Below are positions 37,972 through 46,960 of a stretch of DNA of 64,000 bases, in pieces. A program made the translations under genes and the position numbers. Origin of the DNA: Porcipelethomonas sp. (GTDB lineage: Bacteria; Bacillota; Clostridia; Oscillospirales; Ruminococcaceae); assembly GCF_051893655.1 (NCBI RefSeq), contig NZ_JBJFHN010000130.1:6762-70761 (forward strand), written 5' to 3'. The first letter of the stretch is position 1; every line of letters starts with the position of its first letter. Under the pieces are notes generated by a model, which saw only the letters and a program-made list of their open reading frames with translations, was not told the origin of the DNA and made no database searches.

Positions 37972-40900
37972 TCAGACAAGTTTTACAGTACTTCCCTTTG
38001 TACTTTTTTCAACTATTATCTGCCGGTCAATTTTTTCTTTAAGTTCGCTGACATGAGAAATGATTCCTATCATACAGTCTCCGCCGCTTAATGACTTCAG
38101 GGTTTCTACTGCCTGTTCAAGAGATTCACTGTCCAGTGAGCCAAAGCCCTCGTCTATAAACATTGAGGATATCTCAATTCCGCCGGAAAAACTCTGGATT
38201 ACATCTGACAGTCCAAGTGCAAGAGATAATGCTGCTTTGAAGGACTCTCCTCCGGACAGGGAACGTGCGGGGCGGATCTTTCCGGTATAATTGTCCAGAA
38301 CGCTAAGTTCAAGTCCGCTTTGCTGACGCTGGTCGGTTCCGGAAGTACGGCAAAGCTCATATTGTCCCCATGTCATACTGTTCAGCCTTATATTGGCAGC
38401 GTCTATTATCTTTTCAAAATAAAATGCCTGTACATATTGTTCAAGTAAAATACGTTCTCTGCCGCTTAAATTTCCATTGGCAGTTCTGGATAATTCAGAA
38501 ATCATTGCATAATATTTCTGTTTGATTTCAGACAGTGAATATTCATTTTTGAGCTTTTTGATGATTTCAGTATTTGTTTTGATTTTATTATATATTTCAC
38601 GAAGCCTTTTTTCATTTGAATCAATATTGTTTTTAAGTATACCGATTTTTTCATTTAATCCGGTAATATCACATTCCTTTTTATTTTTTGTGGTTTTGCT
38701 CAGGTTATTGATTAATTCGGTGTTTTTTATTATCTGTTCATTATAATATGAAATTTCGTTTTCAAGATTTTCTATTTCTTCTTTTGAAATAAGACTCTGA
38801 TTGTAAAGTGTTGTCGTGAAATTATTCTGAGACATTGCTGATTCCAGATCTTTTTTTACTTTGTTTATTTCAGAGTCAAGTTCTTCCAGTTTGGCAGTAT
38901 TTTCTGAAAGACTTCTTTTTTCGGCAGACAATCGGGTATTTATGTCAGCAATTTCATTTTTTGTATTATCAATATTTTCCCTATATTCTGATATTTCTGT
39001 AGATAGATTTACAAGGGCGGTTTCAGCATCTTTTTTTGAAGAATATTCAAGTTCTGAAATAATAAGCTTGTAATTGCTTTCAGCTGATGCCTTGTCAGAC
39101 AAAAGTGCGGTGTAATTATCTTTGTATTTTTGATAAATTGCCTCAGCATTTTTTCGCTGTAGAGCCAGCTTTTCAAGCTTAATTTCTGCATTTTTAATAT
39201 ATTCAATTTTTTTGTTAAGCATCTGTTCAGTTTCGGTCTGTTTTTTTATCTGTTCATTTATATCCGAATGCTGAATTGATATGAATTTCTGAAAATCATT
39301 TTGTTCTATTTTCTGACAGAAGGTTTCTTCGATTCTGGATGAAATATCATTGTCAATTTGTCTGATTGAAGCATTTATTTTTTCTGTTTCAATTTGCAGA
39401 ACAGTAAAATTGTCTTTTGCCTTATTAAAATCATTTTTAGCACTTTTCAGCTGTTCCTCATTAATATCTGTACATTCAGTTTTGCAAATATCCGGATGAT
39501 TTAAACTTCCGCAGACAGGACAGGGCAAACCATCTTCAAGCTTTTCAGCCAGTATTCCTGACATATTTCTCATAAATAATAATTCTGTATTATCATACTT
39601 TTGTTTTGAATTTATATAGCTTTTTTCTGCATTTATATACTTCGGACGTTTGCTTTCAAGGGATTTTACAAGTTTTTCTTTTTCGTCAACAGAAGCCTTA
39701 AGAGAGTTTAAAATGTTCAGCATATTCTTAAGTTTTTCAATGCTAAGCCTGAATGCACCAAGATTATCATTTATTTCCTGTTTGCTTTTTACTGCTTCTT
39801 CCCACTGTTTTTTTCTTATATCGGCAGTTTTAAACTTTTCTTCCAGATCAGTAATATTATCTTGTATTGTATTTAAATTTTCAGTTATTTTCTGAACATT
39901 CAATAAAAGCTTCTGAGCTTCATCATATTTAGGAAGCAAAAGATTTATTTTATTAGCTTTAGCCTGTTTTTTTTCAATATCCGGGGCTTGCTTTTCAAGT
40001 TCCTTTAATTTCTCATTTTTTAAAGCAGAATCTTTGTTTAACTTAATAATTTCACTATTGTTTTCCGATATATTATGTAACAGATTTTCCCTTTGGTTTT
40101 CAGCAGATTTTACAGCGTCCCATAAAGGCTTTAAAATTATGAGGGCTGTTTTTCCGTTTTTTACAGCAGTCTTTTTATTTTCAATTACCGGTTTTAAATT
40201 GTCAAGAGTTTCCTTGTCTTTGTTTGCCTGTACAAGCTGTCTGAAAGCATCATTTATGGCTAATGCTTCACTTTGTTCCTGTATCAGTTTTTCATATTCT
40301 GAATTTAGTGATGTTTTTTCCTGATTCAGATGTTCAAAGCTTTCCTTATCCTTGGATATTTCCAGACTGATTAAATTTTCAGCCTGTTCCCAGCTGCCGG
40401 CATCAAAATTATCGGTAATCTGTTTCATTGAGGAAAAATCTGTAAGCATTGCTCCGCTTAAATATTGTACAGCCGAATTGACTGACAACTCACATTGACG
40501 TCTGGCATCTGCTGACATTGATTTTAATTTTTCCTGAAGATTTACTAAGTGTTCAGTACCGAAAAGCTTTCTTAATATTTCACTTCGCTGACTGCTGCCT
40601 GAAAGAATCAGTTTTTGAAATTCTCCCTGTGCTATCATGGAAACCTGTGAAAATTGTTTCCAGTCGATTCCGATTATTTCAGCGATCTGCTGATTAACTT
40701 TGGAAACACCGTCAATTATTTTGCCGTCAGGCATCGTAAGCTCTGCCCGGGCTGATTGTTTTATAGTTCCGTTGCCGCGGATTTTCCGGCGTTCATACTG
40801 TGGAATACGCTCAATATAGTAATTTTCTCCACGATGTTCAAATTCCAGAGAAACTTTTGTTTCTGTTTTATCGTCAGCAAAATGACTTCTGAATGTGTCT

Positions 40901-41085
40901 GCTGTTCTGGCACATCCGCTGGAATTCCCGAAAAGAGCAAATGATATGCCGTCAAAAACGGTTGTTTTTCCAGCACCCGTATCACCGCTTATAAGAAACA
41001 GACCATTTTGAATACTGCTGAAATCTATTTCCGCTGTATCTGCAAAAGGACCGAAAGCGGTCATTGAAAGCTTAATCGGTTTCAT
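37972..41085 (-). CDS. sbcC: SbcC/Rad50-like ATPase
   Basis: AFGPF, Walker A GDTGAGKTT, Q-loop IAQGEF, Zn hook CPVCGS, LSGGESF, FIDEGFGSLD. Confidence 0.94.
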   Translation of the reverse strand: MKPIKLSMTAFGPFADTAEIDFSSIQNGLFLISGDTGAGKTTVFDGISFALFGNSSGCARTADTFRSHFADDKTETKVSLEFEHRGENYYIERIPQYERRKIRGNGTIKQSARAELTMPDGKIIDGVSKVNQQIAEIIGIDWKQFSQVSMIAQGEFQKLILSGSSQRSEILRKLFGTEHLVNLQEKLKSMSADARRQCELSVNSAVQYLSGAMLTDFSSMKQITDNFDAGSWEQAENLISLEISKDKESFEHLNQEKTSLNSEYEKLIQEQSEALAINDAFRQLVQANKDKETLDNLKPVIENKKTAVKNGKTALIILKPLWDAVKSAENQRENLLHNISENNSEIIKLNKDSALKNEKLKELEKQAPDIEKKQAKANKINLLLPKYDEAQKLLLNVQKITENLNTIQDNITDLEEKFKTADIRKKQWEEAVKSKQEINDNLGAFRLSIEKLKNMLNILNSLKASVDEKEKLVKSLESKRPKYINAEKSYINSKQKYDNTELLFMRNMSGILAEKLEDGLPCPVCGSLNHPDICKTECTDINEEQLKSAKNDFNKAKDNFTVLQIETEKINASIRQIDNDISSRIEETFCQKIEQNDFQKFISIQHSDINEQIKKQTETEQMLNKKIEYIKNAEIKLEKLALQRKNAEAIYQKYKDNYTALLSDKASAESNYKLIISELEYSSKKDAETALVNLSTEISEYRENIDNTKNEIADINTRLSAEKRSLSENTAKLEELDSEINKVKKDLESAMSQNNFTTTLYNQSLISKEEIENLENEISYYNEQIIKNTELINNLSKTTKNKKECDITGLNEKIGILKNNIDSNEKRLREIYNKIKTNTEIIKKLKNEYSLSEIKQKYYAMISELSRTANGNLSGRERILLEQYVQAFYFEKIIDAANIRLNSMTWGQYELCRTSGTDQRQQSGLELSVLDNYTGKIRPARSLSGGESFKAALSLALGLSDVIQSFSGGIEISSMFIDEGFGSLDSESLEQAVETLKSLSGGDCMIGIISHVSELKEKIDRQIIVEKSTKGSTVKLV

Positions 41086-42205
41086 AGTTTTCCTCCTTTA
41101 AAAGTTCTTCAACTATCTTTTTCTGTTCCGGAGAAAATTCACGTCCATTCTGCATCATGAAAAAATCAGAAAAAAGTTCAAATGTTGATTTGGAGATAAA
41201 ATTTTCACTGTAATGAGTTTTTATTTTTCTGTCCCGTTTGGAAAATTCCAGCTGAAGCAGATTAGGATAATATTGCCGCAGCTTTCCTATTGGGTCTGAT
41301 AATATTTCATTATCAGTAATGACTGCATCAATATAATCGTCAGAAGGTTCTTTTTCTGCGGCTTCAAGAAGCTTTTCAAACGGACCTTTTACAATACGCA
41401 TTTCATGGAGTGGATTTAATGGTATGAGGTCAATATGTGTTTCGTTCTTTTTATTGATTTCAACAACAGTAATGGATTTTTCCTGACTGGCTTCTGAAAA
41501 TGAATATTTAAGCGGTGTTCCGCAGTATCTGATTTTTGTACCCATATTCTGAGGTTTATGTATATGTCCGAGAGCCGCATAATCGAAATCTTTGAGCAGC
41601 TGAGTGCTGATGATGTCCAGACCTCCGGCAGACTGTGTTTCAGAATCGCTGAAAGAAATACTCTGAGCAGAAGGTGCTGCAAACTGGTGAAGCACAATAG
41701 TATTTCTGTTATCATGATTTATTTTGGTATTGTCAATAATAGCCTTTAATGCCTCAGTATTGCTGTTTATTTCACAGTCTTTGAAAATGGATTTGACCTG
41801 TGACTGACGAAAAAAAGGAAGAAGATAAAAATCAAAATCGCCGTATGAGTCTTTTACAGTGACCTTTTTCATTGAGCCGTCAAATACTGACGCTATATAA
41901 ATATTATTTTTCTCAAGCAGATTTCCGGCAAATTGAAGTCTTTCCGCACTGTCATGATTTCCGCTTATTATTAAAACATATATTCCCGTTTGTGCAAGGT
42001 TTGTCAGAAAACTATCCAGAAGCTCAACAGCCTCGGTTGGGGGAATACTTTTATCATAAATATCTCCGGCAATTACAATGCAGTTCGGATTATGTATTTT
42101 TATCTGCTCTGTGATCTGATTTAAAATATATTTCTGGTCATTAATAAAAGAAACGCCTTTAAAGCGTTTCCCTAAATGTATATCTGAAATATGAAAAAAC
42201 TTCAT
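41072..42205 (-). CDS. sbcD: SbcD/Mre11-like nuclease
   Basis: HISDIHLG, AGDIYD, SGNHDS, ALGHIH, YCGTPLKYSFSE. Confidence 0.94.
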   Translation of the reverse strand: MKFFHISDIHLGKRFKGVSFINDQKYILNQITEQIKIHNPNCIVIAGDIYDKSIPPTEAVELLDSFLTNLAQTGIYVLIISGNHDSAERLQFAGNLLEKNNIYIASVFDGSMKKVTVKDSYGDFDFYLLPFFRQSQVKSIFKDCEINSNTEALKAIIDNTKINHDNRNTIVLHQFAAPSAQSISFSDSETQSAGGLDIISTQLLKDFDYAALGHIHKPQNMGTKIRYCGTPLKYSFSEASQEKSITVVEINKKNETHIDLIPLNPLHEMRIVKGPFEKLLEAAEKEPSDDYIDAVITDNEILSDPIGKLRQYYPNLLQLEFSKRDRKIKTHYSENFISKSTFELFSDFFMMQNGREFSPEQKKIVEELLKEENYETD

Positions 42206-43125
42206 TTCTTTTCCTTTCGGTTTTGTATATGGATAATTTTATTTCTGAATGTAAGGGTTATTACTCCGGCAGTAACCGGAACAATAAATATGGTCCATTT
42301 TATAATGGAATTTCTGCGATTATATATTTCATCGTAAGAAACCATTCCGATTATTATATTATCGTTATGCTTCTGATACTGTACCAATACGTCATGACCA
42401 TCATGTTCGGAAGAAAACCATCCCTTTTCTTCCGGAAAATCACTTTCTGAAAACTGTGCTTTTGTACCAACAAGTGTATAATCAGTATGGCTGATATATT
42501 TGTAGTCTGAAGCCTGAATTATCGCCATATGACCGTTTTTCAGCACCGGCATTTCAGTCAGTGTTTTTGATATATCAGTAAGGTCAAGGAGATACTCAGC
42601 GTTTTCCGGAATAAATTCAATCTGAACTATTCCCGGAGCATCAAGACGTGAACATCCGGTAATAACGCTTGTATGATTATTTTCTGTATTTAAAACTGCT
42701 TCGGAAAATACCTTGTTGTCAATTGCCGGAAAAAAATCTTCATATGCCTTTTTATTTTCACTTGAGGGATTTGTACTGAATTGAATTATGCCTTTACTGT
42801 CAGTAATACTTATGATATTTGCACCGATAGCCATTCTGAGTTCTTCAAGAGAAGTTTCGTCAGTCATTATAGATTTATTTTTTGAAAGCATGATTGCAAG
42901 GACTCTTGATTTTGATTTATAATTATTATAAATTTCTTCAGTCAATTCTTTTGATTCGTAAATATTGTCGTCCAGTTTTTCACAGACCTGATCAATGCGG
43001 TCATTAAGGAGATTTCTGGTATTTGAACGGTCAATAACACCTACGGAATAAAATGCAAGAAAAATAAAAACCAGACAGCAGATTAAAGCTGAGGCAATAA
43101 CAGACGTGTAAAATTTTCGGTCCAT
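42202..43125 (-). CDS. Two-TM membrane protein with extracellular Cache-like sensor domain and no cytoplasmic output domain
   Basis: TM - about 240 aa (ISITDSKGIIQFS, GIVQI, YISHTD) - TM - 15-aa tail; ATGA overlap with sbcD. Confidence 0.6.
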   Translation of the reverse strand: MDRKFYTSVIASALICCLVFIFLAFYSVGVIDRSNTRNLLNDRIDQVCEKLDDNIYESKELTEEIYNNYKSKSRVLAIMLSKNKSIMTDETSLEELRMAIGANIISITDSKGIIQFSTNPSSENKKAYEDFFPAIDNKVFSEAVLNTENNHTSVITGCSRLDAPGIVQIEFIPENAEYLLDLTDISKTLTEMPVLKNGHMAIIQASDYKYISHTDYTLVGTKAQFSESDFPEEKGWFSSEHDGHDVLVQYQKHNDNIIIGMVSYDEIYNRRNSIIKWTIFIVPVTAGVITLTFRNKIIHIQNRKEKK

Positions 43126-43177
43126 AAAATCACTACTTTCAAAATCCGGTTACAGGCGTATGAAAAAATATATATGC

Positions 43178-43540
43178 TTATTTTTTATAATTTTTCAGCT
43201 TTTCGTAGCTCTCATCGCTTAAAATATGCTCGATTTTGCATGCGTCCTGTTCAGCATTCTGTTCTGACACATCAAGAACTTCCATAAAAAATTTTTTAAT
43301 TGTTGTATGGCGTTCATAAATTGCTTCAGCCTGCTGAAGTCCCGGACCGGTAAAAGTGATATACCCATTTATATCAACATTAATAAATCCGTTACTTTTC
43401 AGAAGTCCGACAGCACGGCTTATGCTGGCTTTGGAATAGTTAAGTTCATTTGCAATATCTATAGAACGAACCATTCCGTTTTTTCTCATTAATAATAATA
43501 TAGTTTCGAGATAATCCTCTCGTGATTCGGTTTTATTCAT
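43178..43540 (-). CDS. DtxR/MntR family metal-dependent transcriptional regulator
   Basis: ESREDYLETI, VRSIDIA..L.YSKASISRA, IYERH, AEQDACKIEH. Confidence 0.92.
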   Translation of the reverse strand: MNKTESREDYLETILLLMRKNGMVRSIDIANELNYSKASISRAVGLLKSNGFINVDINGYITFTGPGLQQAEAIYERHTTIKKFFMEVLDVSEQNAEQDACKIEHILSDESYEKLKNYKK

Positions 43541-43649
43541 AAATTATCCGTTTCTGCAAAAATGCACTGCTGTTCTTTTGGCGGCAGCATGCCAGATTTA
43601 TATCGCCATATGATAAAAAATCATGAATCATCATAATTATATTATTTTC

Positions 43650-43678
43650 ATTATAACATATATTTTTATTTTTTTCAA
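43650..43678 (-). promoter_or_regulatory. SigA promoter of the DtxR-family regulator/sbcDC block
   Basis: Minus strand TTGAAA, 17 bp spacer, TATAAT. Confidence 0.6.
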
Positions 43679-43800
43679 CGGGCAACTTAACGTAATTTTT
43701 TTAAATAAGTTAAATTTTTACTATATGTTTTAGTGTATTTTATACAAAAAATCTGAGAAAATCCGGCGTAATATTAAAATAAAGTATTTTCAGTTTTTTA

Positions 43801-43828
43801 TTGACTTTTTTAAAAAAAGTGATATAAT
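43801..43828 (+). promoter_or_regulatory. SigA promoter of the antiporter
   Basis: TTGACT, 16 bp spacer, extended -10 TGn-TATAAT. Confidence 0.65.
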
Positions 43829-43834
43829 TAATTA

Positions 43835-44006
43835 GGAATATGAAAAAAAGGTCTTTTACATTTTACAGTAAGGTGGAATCTTGATTAAATTCTGCATACC
43901 ACTCTATACAGGCTTTATTCAGTGTTTCACGGCCGGGTTTATATTCACTAAAATAATCAACGGCGATTTACAGACTTTTTTCTATTGTCTGTGGGTCGTT
44001 TTTTAT
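43835..44006 (+). ncRNA. Candidate cis-regulatory leader RNA/attenuator of unknown class upstream of the cation:proton antiporter
   Basis: About 190-nt 5' UTR with several stems and an intrinsic terminator (GGCGATTTACAGAC / GTCTGTGGGTCGTT plus T-tract, 43962-44004) upstream of the SD. Confidence 0.6.
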
Positions 44007-44024
44007 TGTAAAGGGGAATGAATA

Positions 44025-45290
44025 ATGGAGTATGATTATTTGCTTTCGCTGGCTTTGATTCTGCTCAGCACCAAACTCTTCGGACTGGTAACAAAAAAAG
44101 TAAAGCTGCCCCAGGTTGTCGGCGCACTTCTTGCGGGTCTTATTTTAGGTCCGGCATGCCTTGGAATTCTTAAAGAAACTGAATTTATAAAACAGGTTTC
44201 TGAAATCGGTGTAATTGTTCTTATGTTCTGTGCCGGACTGGAAACGGATATCAAGGAACTTAAAAAAACCGGTAAGTCTTCATTTTTAATTGCACTTCTG
44301 GGTGTTATTGTACCTTTAGCCGCTGGCTGGGGAGTTGCTGCAATATTCAATAAGGAAAATGATCTTCCTACAAGCCTTATGCTTCAGAATATATTTATTG
44401 GTATTGTTCTTACTGCAACTTCTGTCAGCATCACAGTTGAAACTCTTAAGGAAATGGGACGCCTTTCTTCAAAATCCGGTAATGCGATACTGGGAGCTGC
44501 ACTGATTGATGATATTCTGGGTATTATTGCACTGACTGTTGTAACTTCCTGTGCAGACAAGTCCGTAAATATCGGAATCGTAATGTTAAAAATCGTTCTT
44601 TTCTTTGTTTTCGCTATTGCTGTTGCAGTTGGATTTAATTTCCTTTTCAACAAATGGACAGGAAGATCCAAAAAGGATCTCAGAAGATATGTTATTATCG
44701 GATTTGTTTTCTGCTTGTTAATGTCATATTGTGCGGAAAAGTTCTTTGGCGTAGCCGATATTACCGGTGCATTTGTTGCCGGACTGGCATTGTCAAACGG
44801 TCCGAGAGCAACATACCTTACCAACAGATTTGAAACGCTTTCATATATGCTTTTATCACCGGTATTTTTTGCAAGTATTGGTCTTAAGGTTGTAATTCCT
44901 AAAATGAGTGCAAGTATAATTCTTTTTGCAGTTATACTGTTAGTTGTTGCCGTACTGACAAAGATTATCGGCTGCGGACTTGGTGCCAAGATATGCGGAT
45001 TCAAGAACAAGGATTGCCTTAGAATTGGTATTGGCATGATTTCACGAGGCGAAGTAGCACTGATTGTTGCCAGCAAGGGTGAAGCAGTCGGACTGATGAA
45101 TGAAAAATATTTCGGACCAATTGTAATCATGGTTGTAGTTACAACTATTATTACGCCTATTCTTCTGAAGTTTGTTTATAAGTCCAAAGACACTGACAAG
45201 GACAGTAAAGGTGAATTACAGGTTGACAAATTTACCAAGGGTACTGCTTTTGAAGAACATGAGCAGAGACTTATTAATGAAAATCAGTAA
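44025..45290 (+). CDS. CPA2-family cation:proton antiporter (NapA/GerN-like)
   Basis: About 12 TM; PQVVG, MFCAGLETD, ATSVSIT, GAALIDD, GMISRGEV. Confidence 0.92.
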   Translation: MEYDYLLSLALILLSTKLFGLVTKKVKLPQVVGALLAGLILGPACLGILKETEFIKQVSEIGVIVLMFCAGLETDIKELKKTGKSSFLIALLGVIVPLAAGWGVAAIFNKENDLPTSLMLQNIFIGIVLTATSVSITVETLKEMGRLSSKSGNAILGAALIDDILGIIALTVVTSCADKSVNIGIVMLKIVLFFVFAIAVAVGFNFLFNKWTGRSKKDLRRYVIIGFVFCLLMSYCAEKFFGVADITGAFVAGLALSNGPRATYLTNRFETLSYMLLSPVFFASIGLKVVIPKMSASIILFAVILLVVAVLTKIIGCGLGAKICGFKNKDCLRIGIGMISRGEVALIVASKGEAVGLMNEKYFGPIVIMVVVTTIITPILLKFVYKSKDTDKDSKGELQVDKFTKGTAFEEHEQRLINENQ

Positions 45291-45299
45291 TTTTGTATT

Positions 45300-45331
45300 A
45301 AAGAACCCGGATTGCTTATCCGGGTTCTTTA
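45300..45331. terminator. Bidirectional intrinsic terminator after the antiporter
   Basis: AAAGAACCCGGAT / ATCCGGGTTCTTT. Confidence 0.8.
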
Positions 45332-45405
45332 TTATCATTTTAATACAGACAGTACCAAATATAAAGCTTGATTTAATATATGGATACATAAATAGATACA
45401 TAAAG

Positions 45406-45439
45406 AAAAATCGGGTTTCACAAAATGAAACCCGATTTG
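45406..45439 (-). terminator. Terminator downstream of tRNA-Ser
   Basis: AAATCGGGTTTC / GAAACCCGATTT with an A-run on the + strand (U-tract on minus). Confidence 0.75.
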
Positions 45440-45458
45440 TCCTGTGCGGTCACGCACC

Positions 45459-45549
45459 TGGCGGAGAGTCAGGGATTCGAACCCTGGGTCCCTTTTTGGG
45501 GGACACGAAATTTCGAGTTTCGCACCTTCGACCTCTCGGACAACTCTCC
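45459..45549 (-). tRNA. tRNA-Ser(CGA)
   Basis: Minus strand: acceptor GGAGAGT/ACTCTCC-G-CCA, anticodon arm CGAAA-CT-CGA-AA-TTTCG, long variable arm GTCCC/GGGAC, T-arm CAGGG-TTCGAAT-CCCTG. Confidence 0.96.
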
Positions 45550-45710
45550 ATAAAAAATTCATAAATACCAAAAGCTTTATTATTATATCATATGATGAAA
45601 AAAAAATCAAGTTTTTATAACAAATTTTTAGCAGCCTGATTGCAGTGCTATTGACTGTTTTCGTACTATATGGTATAATACGCATTGAAATTAATGCTCG
45701 GAGGATGAAA

Positions 45711-46919
45711 ATGAAAGAAAAAAATAAAGAGGAAAAATCCGGGACAGCCTTTTTATGGATTGTATTAATTCTTATTTTGGTAGTTATAATAGTGTCCGGA
45801 ATTAAACTTTTATCCGGACATGATGATACACAGGCTAATGCAGATCAAAATACTGTAACAGATAATAATTCTTTGACCGAATCATCGCAAACAGAGGAGT
45901 ATGCTCAAACAGAGGAAACAACTGAAAAAAATTCTGTGCCTTTGACAATCAATATCAGCGATGCGGATGTTTACAGTCAGACAGCACTGCTGACAGATCT
46001 GAATGGAAATATGATATACGGAAAAAATGAAGATCTGCAGATTTATCCGGCTTCACTTACAAAAATAATGACGGTAATAGTTTCCCTTGAAAATATATAT
46101 AATCTGGATGAAAATGTTATTATTCCCGGAGATATATATGAATATATAGAATATGAGGAAGCGTCAACAGCCGGATTTTCTGCATATGAAAGTGTGACTT
46201 ACAGAGATCTTCTTTATGGTGCATTGCTGTCCTCCGGGGCAGAATGCTGTCTGACACTGGCTGAATATATAAGCGGTTCCGAGGATGCTTTTGTTGCACT
46301 TATGAATGAAAAAGCTGAAGAGCTGGGAATGGATGATACTCATTTTACAAATTCAGTGGGACTTCATAATTATAATCATTATTCAACTGCATCAGATATC
46401 TCAAAACTTTTGATTTATGCATTGAATAATGATGAGTTTTATGAAATTTTTACCAGTCAGAACTATTACACCGAAACGGATTATAATCCATATGGTATTA
46501 CTCTGTACAGTACTATGTTTTCAGAACTTGATTCAGATGAATTTGCAGGGGGTGTCTTTTTAGGCGGAAAAACAGGCTATACCAGTGAAGCAGGGCTTTG
46601 TCTTGCTTCCTGTGCAGAAATAGACGGTGAAAAATATATTCTTGTAACTACTGGTGCTGAGGGTACTCATTATACTGATCCACTTCATATTTACGACCAT
46701 GTTAATATATATGAGTCATTGGCATCAGTGATAGATCCTGATTTGGTACACAGCTATGATTATACTGAATCAACACAGCAGGATTATTATTCTGATTACT
46801 ATGATCAGAACGATCAGAATTATCAGGACTATGAAGAAGATTCATATTATTATGATGATGATTATTATGAGGACAACCAGTATTATGAGGATTCGGAATA
46901 TTATTATGACGGCTATTGA
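45711..46919 (+). CDS. D-alanyl-D-alanine carboxypeptidase (peptidase S11) with Tyr/Asp-rich tail
   Basis: N-terminal TM; SxxK in PASLTK, second motif SGA, KTG in GGKTGYT. Confidence 0.9.
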   Translation: MKEKNKEEKSGTAFLWIVLILILVVIIVSGIKLLSGHDDTQANADQNTVTDNNSLTESSQTEEYAQTEETTEKNSVPLTINISDADVYSQTALLTDLNGNMIYGKNEDLQIYPASLTKIMTVIVSLENIYNLDENVIIPGDIYEYIEYEEASTAGFSAYESVTYRDLLYGALLSSGAECCLTLAEYISGSEDAFVALMNEKAEELGMDDTHFTNSVGLHNYNHYSTASDISKLLIYALNNDEFYEIFTSQNYYTETDYNPYGITLYSTMFSELDSDEFAGGVFLGGKTGYTSEAGLCLASCAEIDGEKYILVTTGAEGTHYTDPLHIYDHVNIYESLASVIDPDLVHSYDYTESTQQDYYSDYYDQNDQNYQDYEEDSYYYDDDYYEDNQYYEDSEYYYDGY

Positions 46920-46960
46920 CATATATACACTTTAATAAAATTAAAATAGCGGAGGTTTGT

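Noticed and set aside
37972-42205. sbcCD and smc as a Wadjet/Lamassu-type defence system
   Set aside because: Both have canonical housekeeping motifs and context, with no jet or effector partners.
43545-43612. Minus-strand leader of the DtxR-family gene (TGGCGAT...CGCCA) as a fluoride or Mn riboswitch
   Set aside because: It lacks the crcB pseudoknot sequences and the yybP-ykoY consensus, has only short stems and no expression platform.
43731-43750. Degenerate TTGTG.A-N3-T..ACAA-like palindromes in several intergenic regions (also near 32237 and 50498)
   Set aside because: Too degenerate in very AT-rich DNA to support without genome-wide statistics.
44384-45130. 248-aa antisense ORF inside the antiporter, and similar shadow ORFs (e.g. 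6361-6987, 14662-15171, 33408-33878, 35247-35921)
   Set aside because: They lie opposite well-supported genes and have no SD or recognisable motifs; they are expected codon-bias shadows.
45440-45549. tRNA-Ser as an integration site for an island
   Set aside because: No integrase is present and I saw no duplicated tRNA 3' end in the window; the site appears empty.
45335-45685. ORFs overlapping the tRNA region (45335-45685 minus, 45172-45564 plus)
   Set aside because: They run through tRNA-Ser and terminators, so they are spurious.
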